From Octopus sinensis (lineage: Eukaryota), in assembly GCF_006345805.1 (NCBI RefSeq), contig NC_043009.1, positions 71,734,001-71,798,000 of the forward strand: a stretch of 64,000 nucleotides of DNA, in the 5' to 3' direction. Below are positions 38,293-51,630 of this stretch, piece after piece. The stretch's first letter is position 1; every line of letters starts with the position of its first letter. The notes beneath the pieces are model-generated. The model was not told the DNA's origin, made no database searches, and worked only from the letters and a program-made list of their open reading frames with translations. A program made the translations under genes and the position numbers.

Positions 38293-38451
38293 CACTACAC
38301 TCTCGGAAGCACATCCAGCTGTAGAAATACTGCCAGATCAGATTGGGGCCTGGTGTAGCCTCCTGGCTTCCCAGACCCCAGTCGAACTGTCCAACCCATG
38401 CCAGCATGGAAAATGGATGTTAAACGATGATTATGATGATGATGATGATGA
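38293..38451 (+). mobile_element. RTE 3' tail fused directly to the U6 3' end
   Basis: CACTACACTCTCGGA...CATCCAGCTGTAGAAA...CAACCCATGCCAGCATGGAAA...(GAT)n matches 3128-3309. Confidence 0.9.
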
Positions 38452-39131
38452 CAGAATTGTGTAAACTGTGGAAGTTTTGGTTATTTCTAGCAGATTGAAT
38501 GACTCATAGAATTTATCCTTGGTTCATTGCTGCAAAGTTTACTCAATTTGTATGAAGTGTTTGGCTTCTTTGAAATTCTCTGTCACAGACTGGCATCACT
38601 GTTGGCATGGTGGACAAAATGCTTAGTGTTTCACCCATCTTTATATTCTGAATTTTTAGGTTGATAAAATAAGTACCAGTCATGTACTGGGGTCACTGTA
38701 ATCGACTTACTCCTACACCTGAACTAACTGGATTTCTGCTAGAATTTGAGACCAATATTCCATGTAAAGAAAACGGCTCAATTCTGCAAATACTGATGTT
38801 GCTGTTTCATCCCAAGCCTTTGATAGTAATAACACTTTCCTTTTATCTTAAGACGTTAGTAAAGGATTTTAGGAAACTTTGGCTGCTGTTTCTAATGGAT
38901 CTATCACCTTTGTAGAAGCCAATTTGTTGCCTCGTACAAATAGTTGTTATTAAACTGTGGTCAGCTCTCACCAACCAGAACTATGACCAAAGCCATTCAA
39001 GTGACCATTTGAATGATATAAGTGTGTGTGTGTGCATGCATGTTGTGTGTATGTGCATGTATGTGTGTGTGTGTATACTGAAGCATGACTGCAGCTGCAA
39101 TGGCTGGCATGTATAAAAACAAATCAAAGAA

Positions 39132-39482
39132 TAGCAGTGTGGTAAAAAGTTTGCTTCCCAACCACATGGTTCCAGGTTCAACCCCATTGTGTGGCACCTG
39201 ATAATGATCAAACCCTTATGAGTGGATTTGAGAGATGGAAACTGAAAGAAGCCCACTGCATGTGTGTGTCTGAGTTTGTGTTTGTCCCCCACCACCACTT
39301 AACAATCTGTGTTAGTTTGCTTACTTCTCTGTAACTTAGCAGTTTGCCAAAAAGAGACTGATATAAGAAGTATCAAGCTTAAAGAAAAACAACCTAAGTC
39401 CTGGGATCGATTCATTCGACTAAAAGTTCTTCAAAGTGGTGCCCCAACTTGGCCACAGTCTAATGACTTAAACAAAAATAAA
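39132..39482 (+). mobile_element. SINE family A
   Basis: Colinear with 9891-10249. Confidence 0.8.
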
Positions 39483-39504
39483 AGACACACGCACACACTG
39501 TATG

Positions 39505-40695
<1,191 letters not shown>

Positions 40696-41030
40696 TAGGG
40701 AGTAAATCCAAACTTACAGGGAAAAATTAGATTTAGGATTAAATCAAATTTCACAGTATAAATATAAATTAGATTAGAGATAAAACCACTATTAGGCAAC
40801 TCAAACAGTGAAAAACATAAACCAAAACATAAAAATAAATATAATTAATATAATATACAAAATATATAAAATATAAAATTTAAAATTAAATTAATTTAAA
40901 TTAAAAATTTTTAATTTATATTTATAAATTTTTATATTTTTTTATATTTTTTAAATTTATAAATTTTTAAACTTTTAATTTTTTAATATTTATATTTATA
41001 TATACATATATTTTATATATAACTAACCTG
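40696..41030 (-). mobile_element. Penelope-like element terminal fragment (tentative)
   Basis: TTAGAGATAAAACCACTATTAGGCAA (~40775) is shared with ~59185; abuts (TA)n; family assignment is from recollection. Confidence 0.4.
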
Positions 41031-43936
41031 GCTCCATCAAACTCAATCTCGCAGATGGGACTATCCACAATACACAAGACCGTCACAGCAAATAGACCCA
41101 AGGTGGACACCACCGGCAACAGCATACACATCATCTCGATGCTCCTACTGAACATCAGAGGACTGCTAACACTCAGTAACAGGACAAAAATCCCGTTCTT
41201 GAGAGACTTTGTTGCATGCAATCAAGCCTTATGCATAGCACTTACGGAAACACACCTGAAACTGGACATAGCAGATGCGGAAATACACATACCACAGTAC
41301 GTTGTACTACGAACCGACAGAAAAGAAAGGAGTCATGGAGGAGTTGCTATGTACATCTGCGAGGACCTCACACCCCAGGTCCTTTTGTCATACTCAAATT
41401 CGGTATGTGACACACTAATTGTACATATAAGGCAACTTGCTGTAGTTATATGTGCTACATATCACCCTCCAGATGCCCCAAGCCATGTAGGCAAGTTTGA
41501 AGACTGCCTTATAAAAATAGAAGTTCTAGTCACATTAGAACAACATATAAGTGTACTTCTTATGGGAGACTTCAATCTACCCAATGTCAGATGGCCCGAG
41601 GGCCTTTCTCTCCCAGGAATGACATGATGCGAACAAGGACAGGCGAGGTCCCTCCTGAACCTCATCAACACTCTGAACATGGAGCAAGTACTACTCCAAC
41701 CAACCAGGGCAGGTAACATACTGGATCTCTGCTTCACAAATAATATGGATCTCATCCATAATGTGAAAGTGACACCGACACTACTCTCGGATCACAACAT
41801 GGTAGAGCTGACCATGTACGGGCCAAAAGAAAGCATGGACATGCAGCCTACAAGAAACTCTCAGAATCTTTCCAGCTTGAACTTCCATAAGGCAAACTGG
41901 AAACAAATTGAGAAAGAGATCCTCAAACAAAACTGGCCTGAATGTCTCTCCTCGCCAGACATTGACATGAAACTTCAACAATTCATGTCTGTAATGCAAG
42001 CTATATGCTACAAATGTGTCCCAGAGAGAAAGGCCACTGTACACAAGAACAAAATCCCCAGAGAGGGGAAAATTCTAATGAGACGGCGTACAAAAATTTC
42101 AAATTGCCTAAACAAACAAATTGAAAGCAGTGAAAAGTCCCGCCTGAAAATAAAACTGTTGGAAATTGAAAAATGTCTGCAACTCTACCATGAAAAAGAA
42201 AGAGCAGACAAAGAAGCCTGGGCTATAGACAACATAAAATCTAACCCCAGAGCTTTCTACAGGTATGCCAAAGAAACAGCTACGGAGCACTGTAGGATAG
42301 GGCCACTCCTTGAAAAGGATGGCACACTCACAGGAAATCCAATGAGGGTAAGTGAAATACTAAATGAGCAATTCAAGAGTGTTTTCAATCCACCCCTAGG
42401 GCATTTTCAAGACAGCAATCCAACTGACTTCTTTACCACTGCAGATATAAAATCAGAGGCAGCGATGATTGATTACATCAATATAAAGGAAGATGATGTA
42501 ATAAAGGCTATAGATGAAATGAAAACAAACTCAGCTACTGGCCCCGATGGATTCCCAGCAATCCTTCTAAAAGTATGTAAGAGAGTCCTAGCAAGACCAC
42601 TGCAGTTCCTCTTTCAGAGCTTCCTTCCAACTGGCAAACTTCCAAGAAAACTAAAGGAAGGTAAAATATGCCCTATTCATAAAGGAGGTAGCAGAGCGGA
42701 GGCCAAGAACTACAGACCTATCTCTCTGACCTCACACATCAGCAAGGTCATGGAACGAATAGTCAGAAGGAAACTAATCACCTTCCTTGAAGAAAATGAC
42801 TTGCTGCCTGACACCCAACATGGTTTCCGACCAGGAAGAAGCTGCTTAACTCAGCTCCTAAAATACTATGACTGGGTGCTGAAATGACTGCTCAACCACT
42901 CAAATGTGGAAGTGATATATCTCGACTTTGCAAAGGCCTTTGATAAAGTCAATCATGGAATGATATGTCACAAACTGCGTGATCTTGGCATAGTTGGAAA
43001 ACTGGGAGAATGGCTTCATGACTTTCTGAAGGATAGAAGTCAGGTGGTAGTAGCCAATGGGGCCACTTCCATTAACACGCAAATAGTGAGCAGTGTTCCG
43101 CAAGGCACTGTTTTGGGACCACTACTGTTCATAATGGCCCTCTCAGACATGCCCTCAGCCACGCAGAGAGCCACGGTCACAAGTTATGCAGACGATACAA
43201 AAGTTTCACAGGCAATACAGAACCCTGAAGACACTAAGCACCTGCAATGTGAGCTGGACAAAATATACAAGTGGGCTGAAAAGAATAGCATGCAGTTCAA
43301 TGCTGAAAAGTTTCAAGCTTTATGCTATCAGCATGCAAAACTAAATGCAATACCCAATAAATACACTGGACCTAGAGGGATTGCAATCCCAGAGGCACAA
43401 TCAGTGCGAGACCTGGGTATTTACATGAGTGATGATGCAACCTTTCATGTGCATATTGCTAGTTTGGCGGTGAAATGTAGGCGGCTGACCGGATGGATTC
43501 TTAGAACCTTTAGAACAAGAGGCCTGGAAACCATGATGGTCCTCTGGAGGACACTTGTTCTAAGCCACTTTGACTATTGCTCTCAGCTATGGTCACCATC
43601 CAGTGTCAAGTTAATCACAGAACTTGAAGTGATCCAACGAAGCTACACGAAGAAGATAGCCTCTGTGCAGCATATAAGCTATTGGGAAAGACTCAAGAGA
43701 TTGAGACTCTATTCCTTAGAGCATAGGCGAGAAAGATATGCCATAATATACATCTGGAAGATCCTAGAAGGACTTGTCCCAAACTTTGGCATCAAGAGTT
43801 ACACAAATGCCAGAACTGGGTGCCACTGCATGGTGCCAAGGACTCCAAATTTGCCATCAAGATGTAGGACAAGATACTGTGAAAGCCTGGGCTTCCGAAG
43901 CCCACAGCTCTTCAATATCCTCCCGAAGAACCTAAG
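41031..43936 (+). mobile_element. CR1/Jockey-group LINE ORF2 (APE endonuclease plus RT), nearly intact, lacking ORF1 and the 3' end
   Basis: ORFs 41055-41627, 41679-42887 and 42906-44003 share one frame, broken only by TGA at 41625 and 42885. EN motifs LNIRGL, ALTETHL, YHPP, GDFNLP, LDLCF, SDHNMV. RT motifs QHGFRPGRSC, YLDFAKAFDKV, VPQGTVLGPLLF, YADD (43185-43196). Similarity ends near NILPKNLR. Confidence 0.95.
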
Positions 43937-44086
43937 AAAAAGTAATAAAAACATGGATTTTTCTTTTTCTTTTGTCTTGATTACGTTTTGGTTGTTTTGC
44001 TAAATTTTTCTCGAACATTTCTTAGTGGTGAGACCATAGCGGATCTATTTCTAACATATGGGTGTCCACATAGGGGTTTCCCTCAT

Positions 44087-44087
<1 letters not shown>

Positions 44088-44119
<32 letters not shown>

Positions 44120-44340
44120 GTTTAACGTCCGTTTTCCGCGCTAGCACGGGTTGGACGGTTTCGACCGGGGTCTAGGGAGCAAGGGACTGCCCCAGGCTCC
44201 AGTCTAGTCTGGCAGAGTTTCTACAGCTGGATGCCCTTCCTAACCCAACCACTCCGCGAGTGTAGTGGGTGTTTTTTACGTGCCACCTGCACAGGTGCCA
44301 GAGGGGTCTGGCATCGGCCACGTTCGGATGGTGCTTTTTT
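44088..44340 (-). mobile_element. RTE 3' tail copy
   Basis: (CAT)n followed by the reverse complement of the RTE 3' end. Confidence 0.88.
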
Positions 44341-44598
44341 TTTTATGTGGGGGGGGGTGCAGAAATATAGGGGAGCACCAGTGGGGAGGGGTGGTTCAGA
44401 GAAATGATGACAGGTTCTAGGCAAGTAGAACGTAGGATATCAAGAGAGGGGTAATGCATGGTGAAATAGCGTATTGAAGAGGGGGGTTCGAAGAGTAGAC
44501 ACCTATTATGGTGGTGGGAGAAGCGACATCCGGTATAGATAGAGCAAAAATATAGAGATATCCAGTATTGGTGGTGGGGGTGGGCAGGGCGGGTGCAC

Positions 44599-44962
44599 CG
44601 CGAATACACGATGGTTGATGAATACACGAGAGGCGAGATGGGTAATGGATAAATTACTTAAAATAATTAGATAGATATAGAAATTAGTTAAAAATAGTTA
44701 GATAGATAAGAAAGCATGTATGATTGATGGGGAAGTGAAATAATAAATAAGCATTCAACTTATCTGTTAGATGAATGAATGAATGAAAGAGCAGAAGTTT
44801 GGGGCTGCGTTTTTTTTTAAATAAAGATTGTCCGGAGGAAGAAGGCGCGAATACACGATGGTTGATGAATACACGAGAGGCGAGATGGGTAATGGATAAA
44901 TTAGTTAAAATAATTAGATAGATATAGAAATTAGTTAAAAATAGTTAGATAGATAAGAAAGC

Positions 44963-44968
<6 letters not shown>
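44599..44968. repeat. ~120-bp direct repeat, offset 248 bp
   Basis: GCGAATACACGATGGTTGATGAATACACGAGAGGCGAGATGGG...AAGCATGTAT at 44599-44720 and 44847-44968. Confidence 0.88.
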
Positions 44969-45008
<40 letters not shown>

Positions 45009-45027
45009 TGCACTACATATATTTTTA

Positions 45028-45358
45028 TTCTTCTACTTGTTAATCAAAGAAATCGACCCCAGGACTTATTCTGTGTAAGCCTAGTACTTATTCTATCAGT
45101 CACTTTTGTTGAACTGCTAAGTTATGGGGGACGTAAACACACCAACATCAGTTGTCAGGTGATGATGGGGACAAACAGGCACACACACACATGCAAATAC
45201 ACATACACACGACGGGCTTCTTTCTGTTTCCATCTAGCAAAATCCACTCACAAGGCTTAGGTTGACCCAAAGCTATAGTTGAAGGCACTTGCCCCAGGTG
45301 CCATGGAGTGGGACTGAACCCAGAACCATGTGGTTGGGAAGAAAGCTTCTTACCACAC
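45028..45358 (-). mobile_element. SINE family A
   Basis: Reverse complement of family A. Confidence 0.82.
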
Positions 45359-45399
45359 ACACACACATATACATACACACACATACTCATGCATACATA

Positions 45400-45400
45400 C

Positions 45401-45454
<54 letters not shown>

Positions 45455-45524
45455 TATATATATATATATACATATATATATTATATATATATATATATAT
45501 AATATATATATATATACATATATA

Positions 45525-45607
<83 letters not shown>

Positions 45608-45620
45608 TATATATATATCA
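45400..45620. repeat. (TA)n tract
   Basis: Direct inspection. Confidence 0.92.
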
Positions 45621-45772
45621 AAGCGACAAAAATATTTTGGCAAATTAAATTAAAATGTTGAAGTGAATCTAACAGTTTTTGTGTTTTTTAAATGGCATGC
45701 CATGCTGCAATTGTTTTTGTTCCAGCACATGATCTCAGATCAGATCACTTGCTATGCAAGTACATCTCCGTA

Positions 45773-45812
<40 letters not shown>

Positions 45813-45831
45813 CAACAATTGAGGGTAAAAT

Positions 45832-45874
<43 letters not shown>

Positions 45875-46347
45875 TATACAGAGAGGGAGAGAGTGAGAGA
45901 GATGTGTTGTTTTACACTCTCTCTTTCTTCTTTCTCCTCTCCTCTTTACCTTACTCTTTCTCTCTTTCTCTTTACCCTTAACTTCATATTCTCTCTTTTC
46001 TCCTGCCCCCTCCTCTGTGGGCTGTATAACCCTTTTCTTCTTTTTTTTTCCCTTCCCCTTATCTTACAAACACACTGATTCCACCCCTTCACCTTTCCTA
46101 TTCTTTCATTCTTGCTTTTGGTTGTTCATTGCTCCCCCTCTATACCCTATCCACCCCTCTCCTATCTCCTCCCCCTCCATTCCCATTAAATCTTTGTAAT
46201 TCTAACTCCCCTTTTTTCTCAAACCTCTTCCTTTCATCATAATTCTTCTTAATTTATCTCCATTTGTCAGATTCATAGGAAATTCCTCTCCCCCATCATT
46301 ACCTCCCCCACTCCATTTCTCTTATATTTTTCTTTCTTTTCTATTTA

Positions 46348-46379
<32 letters not shown>

Positions 46380-46709
46380 TATTATTATTATTATTATTTC
46401 ACCAAATCAGTGAACTGGAACCAAACACATTCTTTATTTGAAGAATTTCTTTTAACAGGTTTACATCCATTTTACAATGATAAAATTGGTGGGAAGGTTC
46501 GGCACACTTTAATGGAATTTAACCATTTCTTTATCTTCTTTTAATGCCATGCAAGAGTTTTGGGTCAGATTCTTCTTTGCAGGAGATCAACTTTGTCTCT
46601 TTTCTATGGAAAAGGGTCAATAAAATAATTAAGCAATCTCTGATTAAATCCAAATTAATTGACCAAACTTTATTCTGACTTTGTGGCATTATGGTTTTAT
46701 GCTTAACAT

Positions 46710-47074
46710 CTTCTTGCTTTCAGTCACTGAACTGTGGCCATGCTGGAGCACTGACTTGAAGGATTTACTACAACAAATTGCCCCACCATCACCACCACCA
46801 CCAGCATGTATTTTTAAGTGTGGTAGTTATTCTGTCAATCTCTTATGCTAAACGATTAAATCATGGGGATGTAAATAAACCAACCCTAGTTGTCAAGCAA
46901 CACACGCATATACAACAGGCTTCCACACAGTTTCCTTCTATCAAATTCACTTACAAGACATTGGTTGGCTATAGGTTAGAAGACTTTTGCTCAAGGTGCT
47001 GCCTAGTGGAGGGATTGAACCTGGAATTGTGTGGTTGCAAAATGAGCTTCTTAACCACACAGCCGTGCCTGTAC
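46710..47074 (-). mobile_element. SINE family A, degenerate
   Basis: Reverse complement of family A tail and head. Confidence 0.72.
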
Positions 47075-47088
47075 TTAGAAACAACCTA

Positions 47089-47165
47089 GATTCCAGGGAG
47101 TATTGAACTCATAACCTTCTGCATTAGGCAGATGGGAAAACCACTACACCCTGCCATGGGGATAC
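47089..47165 (-). pseudogene. tRNA-Val-like pseudogene or tRNA-derived head
   Basis: Minus strand GTGTAGTGGTTTTCCCATCTGCCTAATGCAGAAGGTTATGAGTTCAATACTCCCTGGAATC resembles eukaryotic tRNA-Val; anticodon loop collapsed and acceptor stem disrupted. Confidence 0.5.
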
Positions 47166-47168
47166 ATG

Positions 47169-47200
<32 letters not shown>

Positions 47201-48416
47201 CACATGCACACACACACACACACACACACATGGAGCCACTCACACATACGTCCACGCACACAACAAGCTTCTACATAGTCTCTGCCTACTAATTTACAGT
47301 CAAGCTGAGGAGGCTAATACCATGTAAACAGAAAGCCAGTTCCAGCCATGACCATCTCACCTAAATATATATATATCAAGGATTATAGTATCAGATTCTT
47401 CTTCATCTTAGACAATGGAGTGTGGTTTTAACAAGATTTAACTGCTATTTTTAGTAGATTTAAGCAACCACCTCGAGGTTCCTGGGTTGGTTCAGGGCTC
47501 CAAGCTAAATGCTGCAGGATGTTCTTTGATTAAACCTCAGCACCGGCTTTAAAATAGATAAGAACAGGAAAAAGCAAGAAATAAAAACTAAATTTTATCT
47601 GCAAAACTGAGACTGGCAGAAGTTTGTTGTGTGAAGTGTTTATATTTTGTTTTCGGTGCTGCCTCATTTCTGAGATAATCTTTTATCTTTATATTATTTG
47701 GAAGAAAAAAGAAGTCTTGGAGGTCTTCACTACAACTGGCAAATTTGGTAAAGCGCAATATCTGTAGAGAGGGCAGATTTGGATTGGGTTTTCTTTCAAA
47801 GGATTATTTTTAGCTTTATGGTTAACCTAAGAGTAACTGAGAAGATATCAAGTGTGTGCACACACACACACACACACACATGCACAGACACGCATGTGTG
47901 CACATACACATACACACAGGCATTCATACACACACATGTACATAAACACACAAACACATGGACTTACACACACACACACCACATTCGCATACACACACAC
48001 AGCTGTACACATTTACACATGTACACACACTGGGGGAGTAAATTAAGACCATCAAACTGTAGGCATACGGTTTTTAAGTTCATGTCCAGTTGAAGTCAAG
48101 ATTTGTACTCTTTGACAAGATCTTCATCACTACTTGCACAGCATATAAGATAGTGACAAAACATACTTAAAATTGGGAAAATAAATCTAAGAATATTGAT
48201 CAACAGCTGACCCCAAACTGCTATACTACCCCCCACTACCCAACACCTTGTACCATGAAGAAAAGGTCACATGGGTTACAATGTTTGTGTATGAGGTTAT
48301 ATTTTTTTACTAGTTTCAGGCCATGCTGGAGCTCTTTGGTGTAACCATATTTGGAGAGTTGGATATTGATTTATATAAAGCATGGAAGGAAAGAAGAGAA
48401 ATAAAGAGAAAAGAAA

Positions 48417-49457
48417 GTGGGTGACATGGTGACAACTTACCACATGGAGAAAGTGGGTGACATGGTGACAACTTACCACATGGAGAAAGTGGGTGACATG
48501 GTGACAACTTACCACATGGAGAAAGTGGGTGACATGGTGACAACTTACCACATGGAGAAAGTGGGTGACATGGTGACAACTTACCACATGGAGAAAGTGG
48601 GTGACATGGTGACAACTTACCACATGAAGAAACTGGGTGACATGGTGACAACTTACCACATGGAGAAAGTGGGTGACATGGTGACAACTTACCACATGGA
48701 GAAAGTGGGTGACATGGTGACAACTTACTACATGAAGAAACTGGGTGACATGGTGACATCTTACCACATGGAGAAAGTGGGTGACATGGTGACAACTTAC
48801 TACATGAAGAACTGGGTGGGTGACATGGTGACATCTTACCACATGGAGAAAGTGGGTGACATGGTGACAACTTACCACATGAAGAAACTGGGTGACATGG
48901 TGACAACTTACCACATGGAGAAAGTGGGTGACATGGTGACAACTTACCACATGAAGAAAGTGGGTGACATGGTGACAACTTACCACATGGAGAAAGTGGG
49001 TGACATGGTGACAACTTACCACATGGAGAAAGTGGGTGACATGGTGACAACTTACCACATGAAGAAACTGGGTGACATGGTGACAACTTACCACATGGAG
49101 AAAGTGGGTGACATGGTGACAACTTACCACATGGAGAAAGTGGGTGACATGGTGACAACTTACTACATGAAGAAACTGGGTGACATGGTGACATCTTACC
49201 ACATGGAGAAAGTGGGTGACATGGTGACAACTTACTACATGAAGAAACTGGGTGACATGGTGACATCTTACCACATGGAGAAAGTGGGTGACATGGTGAC
49301 ATCTTACCACATGGAGAAAGTGGGTGACATGGTGACAACTTACCACATGAAGAAACTGGGTGACATGGTGACAACTTACCACATGGAGAAAGTGGGTGAC
49401 ATTGTGACAACTTACCACATGGAGAAAGTGGGTGACATGGTGACAACTTATCACATG
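48417..49457. repeat. 36-bp minisatellite, ~29 copies (GTGGGTGACATGGTGACAACTTACCACATGGAGAAA)
   Basis: Direct inspection; open in one + frame (VGDMVTTYHMEK)n and two - frames. Confidence 0.96.
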
Positions 49458-49506
49458 GCGAATTCAAAGAGTTAAAACTGTATAAAATATAAAAATAATC
49501 ATAATA

Positions 49507-49870
49507 TGCAGACGTGGCTGTGTGGGAAGGAGGTTGCTTCCCAACCATATGGTTCCAGGTTCAGTTCCTGTGTGTGGTAGCTTAAGCAAGTGTGTTCTAC
49601 TATAGTCTCAGGTTGACCAAAGCTTTGTGAATGGATTTGGTAGACGGAAACTGAAAGAAGCCTGTTATGTGCATGTGTGATTGCCACAACTTCACTACTG
49701 GTGCAGGTGTGTTTCCATTCCTGTAACTTAGCAGTTTAGCAAAAGAGACTGATAGAATAAGTACCAGGCAATAACAAAAATGAGTCCTGGATTGGATTCA
49801 TTCAACTGAAAGTTCTTCAAGGCAGTGCCCCAGCATGGCCACAGTCTAATGAGACTGAAACAAGTAAAAG
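49507..49870 (+). mobile_element. SINE family A
   Basis: Colinear with 9891-10249. Confidence 0.82.
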
Positions 49871-50294
49871 ATAAAATATATTATTTAAAAGTTGTCATGA
49901 ACATTATAACAAATGTTATGAGTAATTTTCTTGGGGGACACAACCATATTTTCCTTATAATTAATTCAGCCAATAACACTCAAAGTTTGTATTTGTTCAA
50001 AATTAATCTTTTATTTATACGAAATTCCCTCAAGCCAACTGTCAGTCTTTTTTTTATTATTATTGTTGTTGTTGTTGTTGTATCAAAGAATATTTAAATA
50101 GACTTCATCATGCAATTTTGTCTTTGTTCTGTTTTGGAGAATTACTTTCTAGCATTCTTGAAACACTAATCACTTCTGTTTATCCTAAGAATCATTAAGT
50201 AAACAATAAAAGACATAATTACTTCAAATTAATTGATTCTATAATAATAAACCCCTTTTTTTTGTTAAACACGCAACCCTTCACACTCATCCTT

Positions 50295-50325
<31 letters not shown>

Positions 50326-51160
50326 TTCTCTCCCTCTCTCTCTCCCCCTCTTTTTCATGAGAGAGAAAGAGCAAGAGAGTGTCTCTATTACAAAATATCA
50401 ACTAATATGGCCTTCAAATTTTAGCACAAGGCCAGCAATTGCGAGGGTGGGGATTAGTTGAGGGTGGAGGTTAACTGGTAACTACTTCATCAACCCTGGA
50501 AGGATGAAAAGCAAAGTCAACCTCAGTGGAATTTGAACTCAGAACATAAAGATAAATGAAATGCCACTCATCATTCCACCCTGCATGTTAACGATTCCGT
50601 CAGAAGAATTCATCAACAAATAAGAAAAGCCTTCATTCATTTCCAGGTATTTCTGTGAATTTCCTGGTAAATGAAAAGCAATCAGTTAATTTCTACCTGC
50701 AGCATTCATATGAGTTGGCAGTATTTCCTGCCAGTACTTTGTGTTCTGTGTTCAAATTCATTTGCTGTCGACTTTGCCTTTCATCTCTGCAGGGTTCATA
50801 AAATAAAGTACCAAGCGCTGGGTTAGTTGTAACAGCTGCTCACCCCACCCTGCCCTTCCAAATTGCCGGCCTTGTGTCACCGTTTCCCATGCTGACACGA
50901 GCTGGACTGTTCGACAGGATCTGGCAAGGGAGAAAGCTCCTATTGGCTGCTTTGGCCCAGTTTCTAAGGCTTGATGCCCTTCCTAACAGGACAACTGGAG
51001 CCTGGTGCAGTTCCCTATCTTTGCCAGCCCCAGTCAAACCGTCCAACCCATACCAGCACAGAAAACAGACAACAAATTTTGATGAGAATGACACAAGGCT
51101 TGCAACTGGAGTGGGGTGGGGGTAGTTAGCAGGTACAATTGACCCAAATAAGAAACAATT

Positions 51161-51197
<37 letters not shown>

Positions 51198-51630
51198 CTT
51201 AGAAAAGCAACAAATTATAAACTATAAGGAATGAAAGTGAGTTATTAGTTGAGAAGAAAGACATCTTTTTATGTCAAGTCAGATGGCAGAAAAAATGGCT
51301 AAAACTTCATTTCTGTAAGAAACTTGTTTGGGAATATAAGGGACTTTATGAGTAATTACTTAAATATGTTAAGGATAAAGAAGAAACACCAGAAAAAGGG
51401 ACATTATGTGAAGCTGTCTTTCATAAATCTCCCTCCTTTGTTGTTAGCAGTTCTACTCTAATAACCATCATCATCACCCCCAACACCTCTTTCATCCCAA
51501 TTCTTACTCTAAACCTTTATGCCAGGGATTCCTAACTTGTTTTTTTGTTGTTTTTGCCTGTGGACCCTTTTAACTTTGATTTTACTCTTCTCGGTCTCCA
51601 TACTCATTTGGCATTTAAAAAAACCCTGTT

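Noticed and set aside
48417-49457. 36-bp repeats as a CRISPR array or reflectin gene
   Set aside because: Units are head-to-tail with no spacers, and the peptide lacks the reflectin repeat motif.
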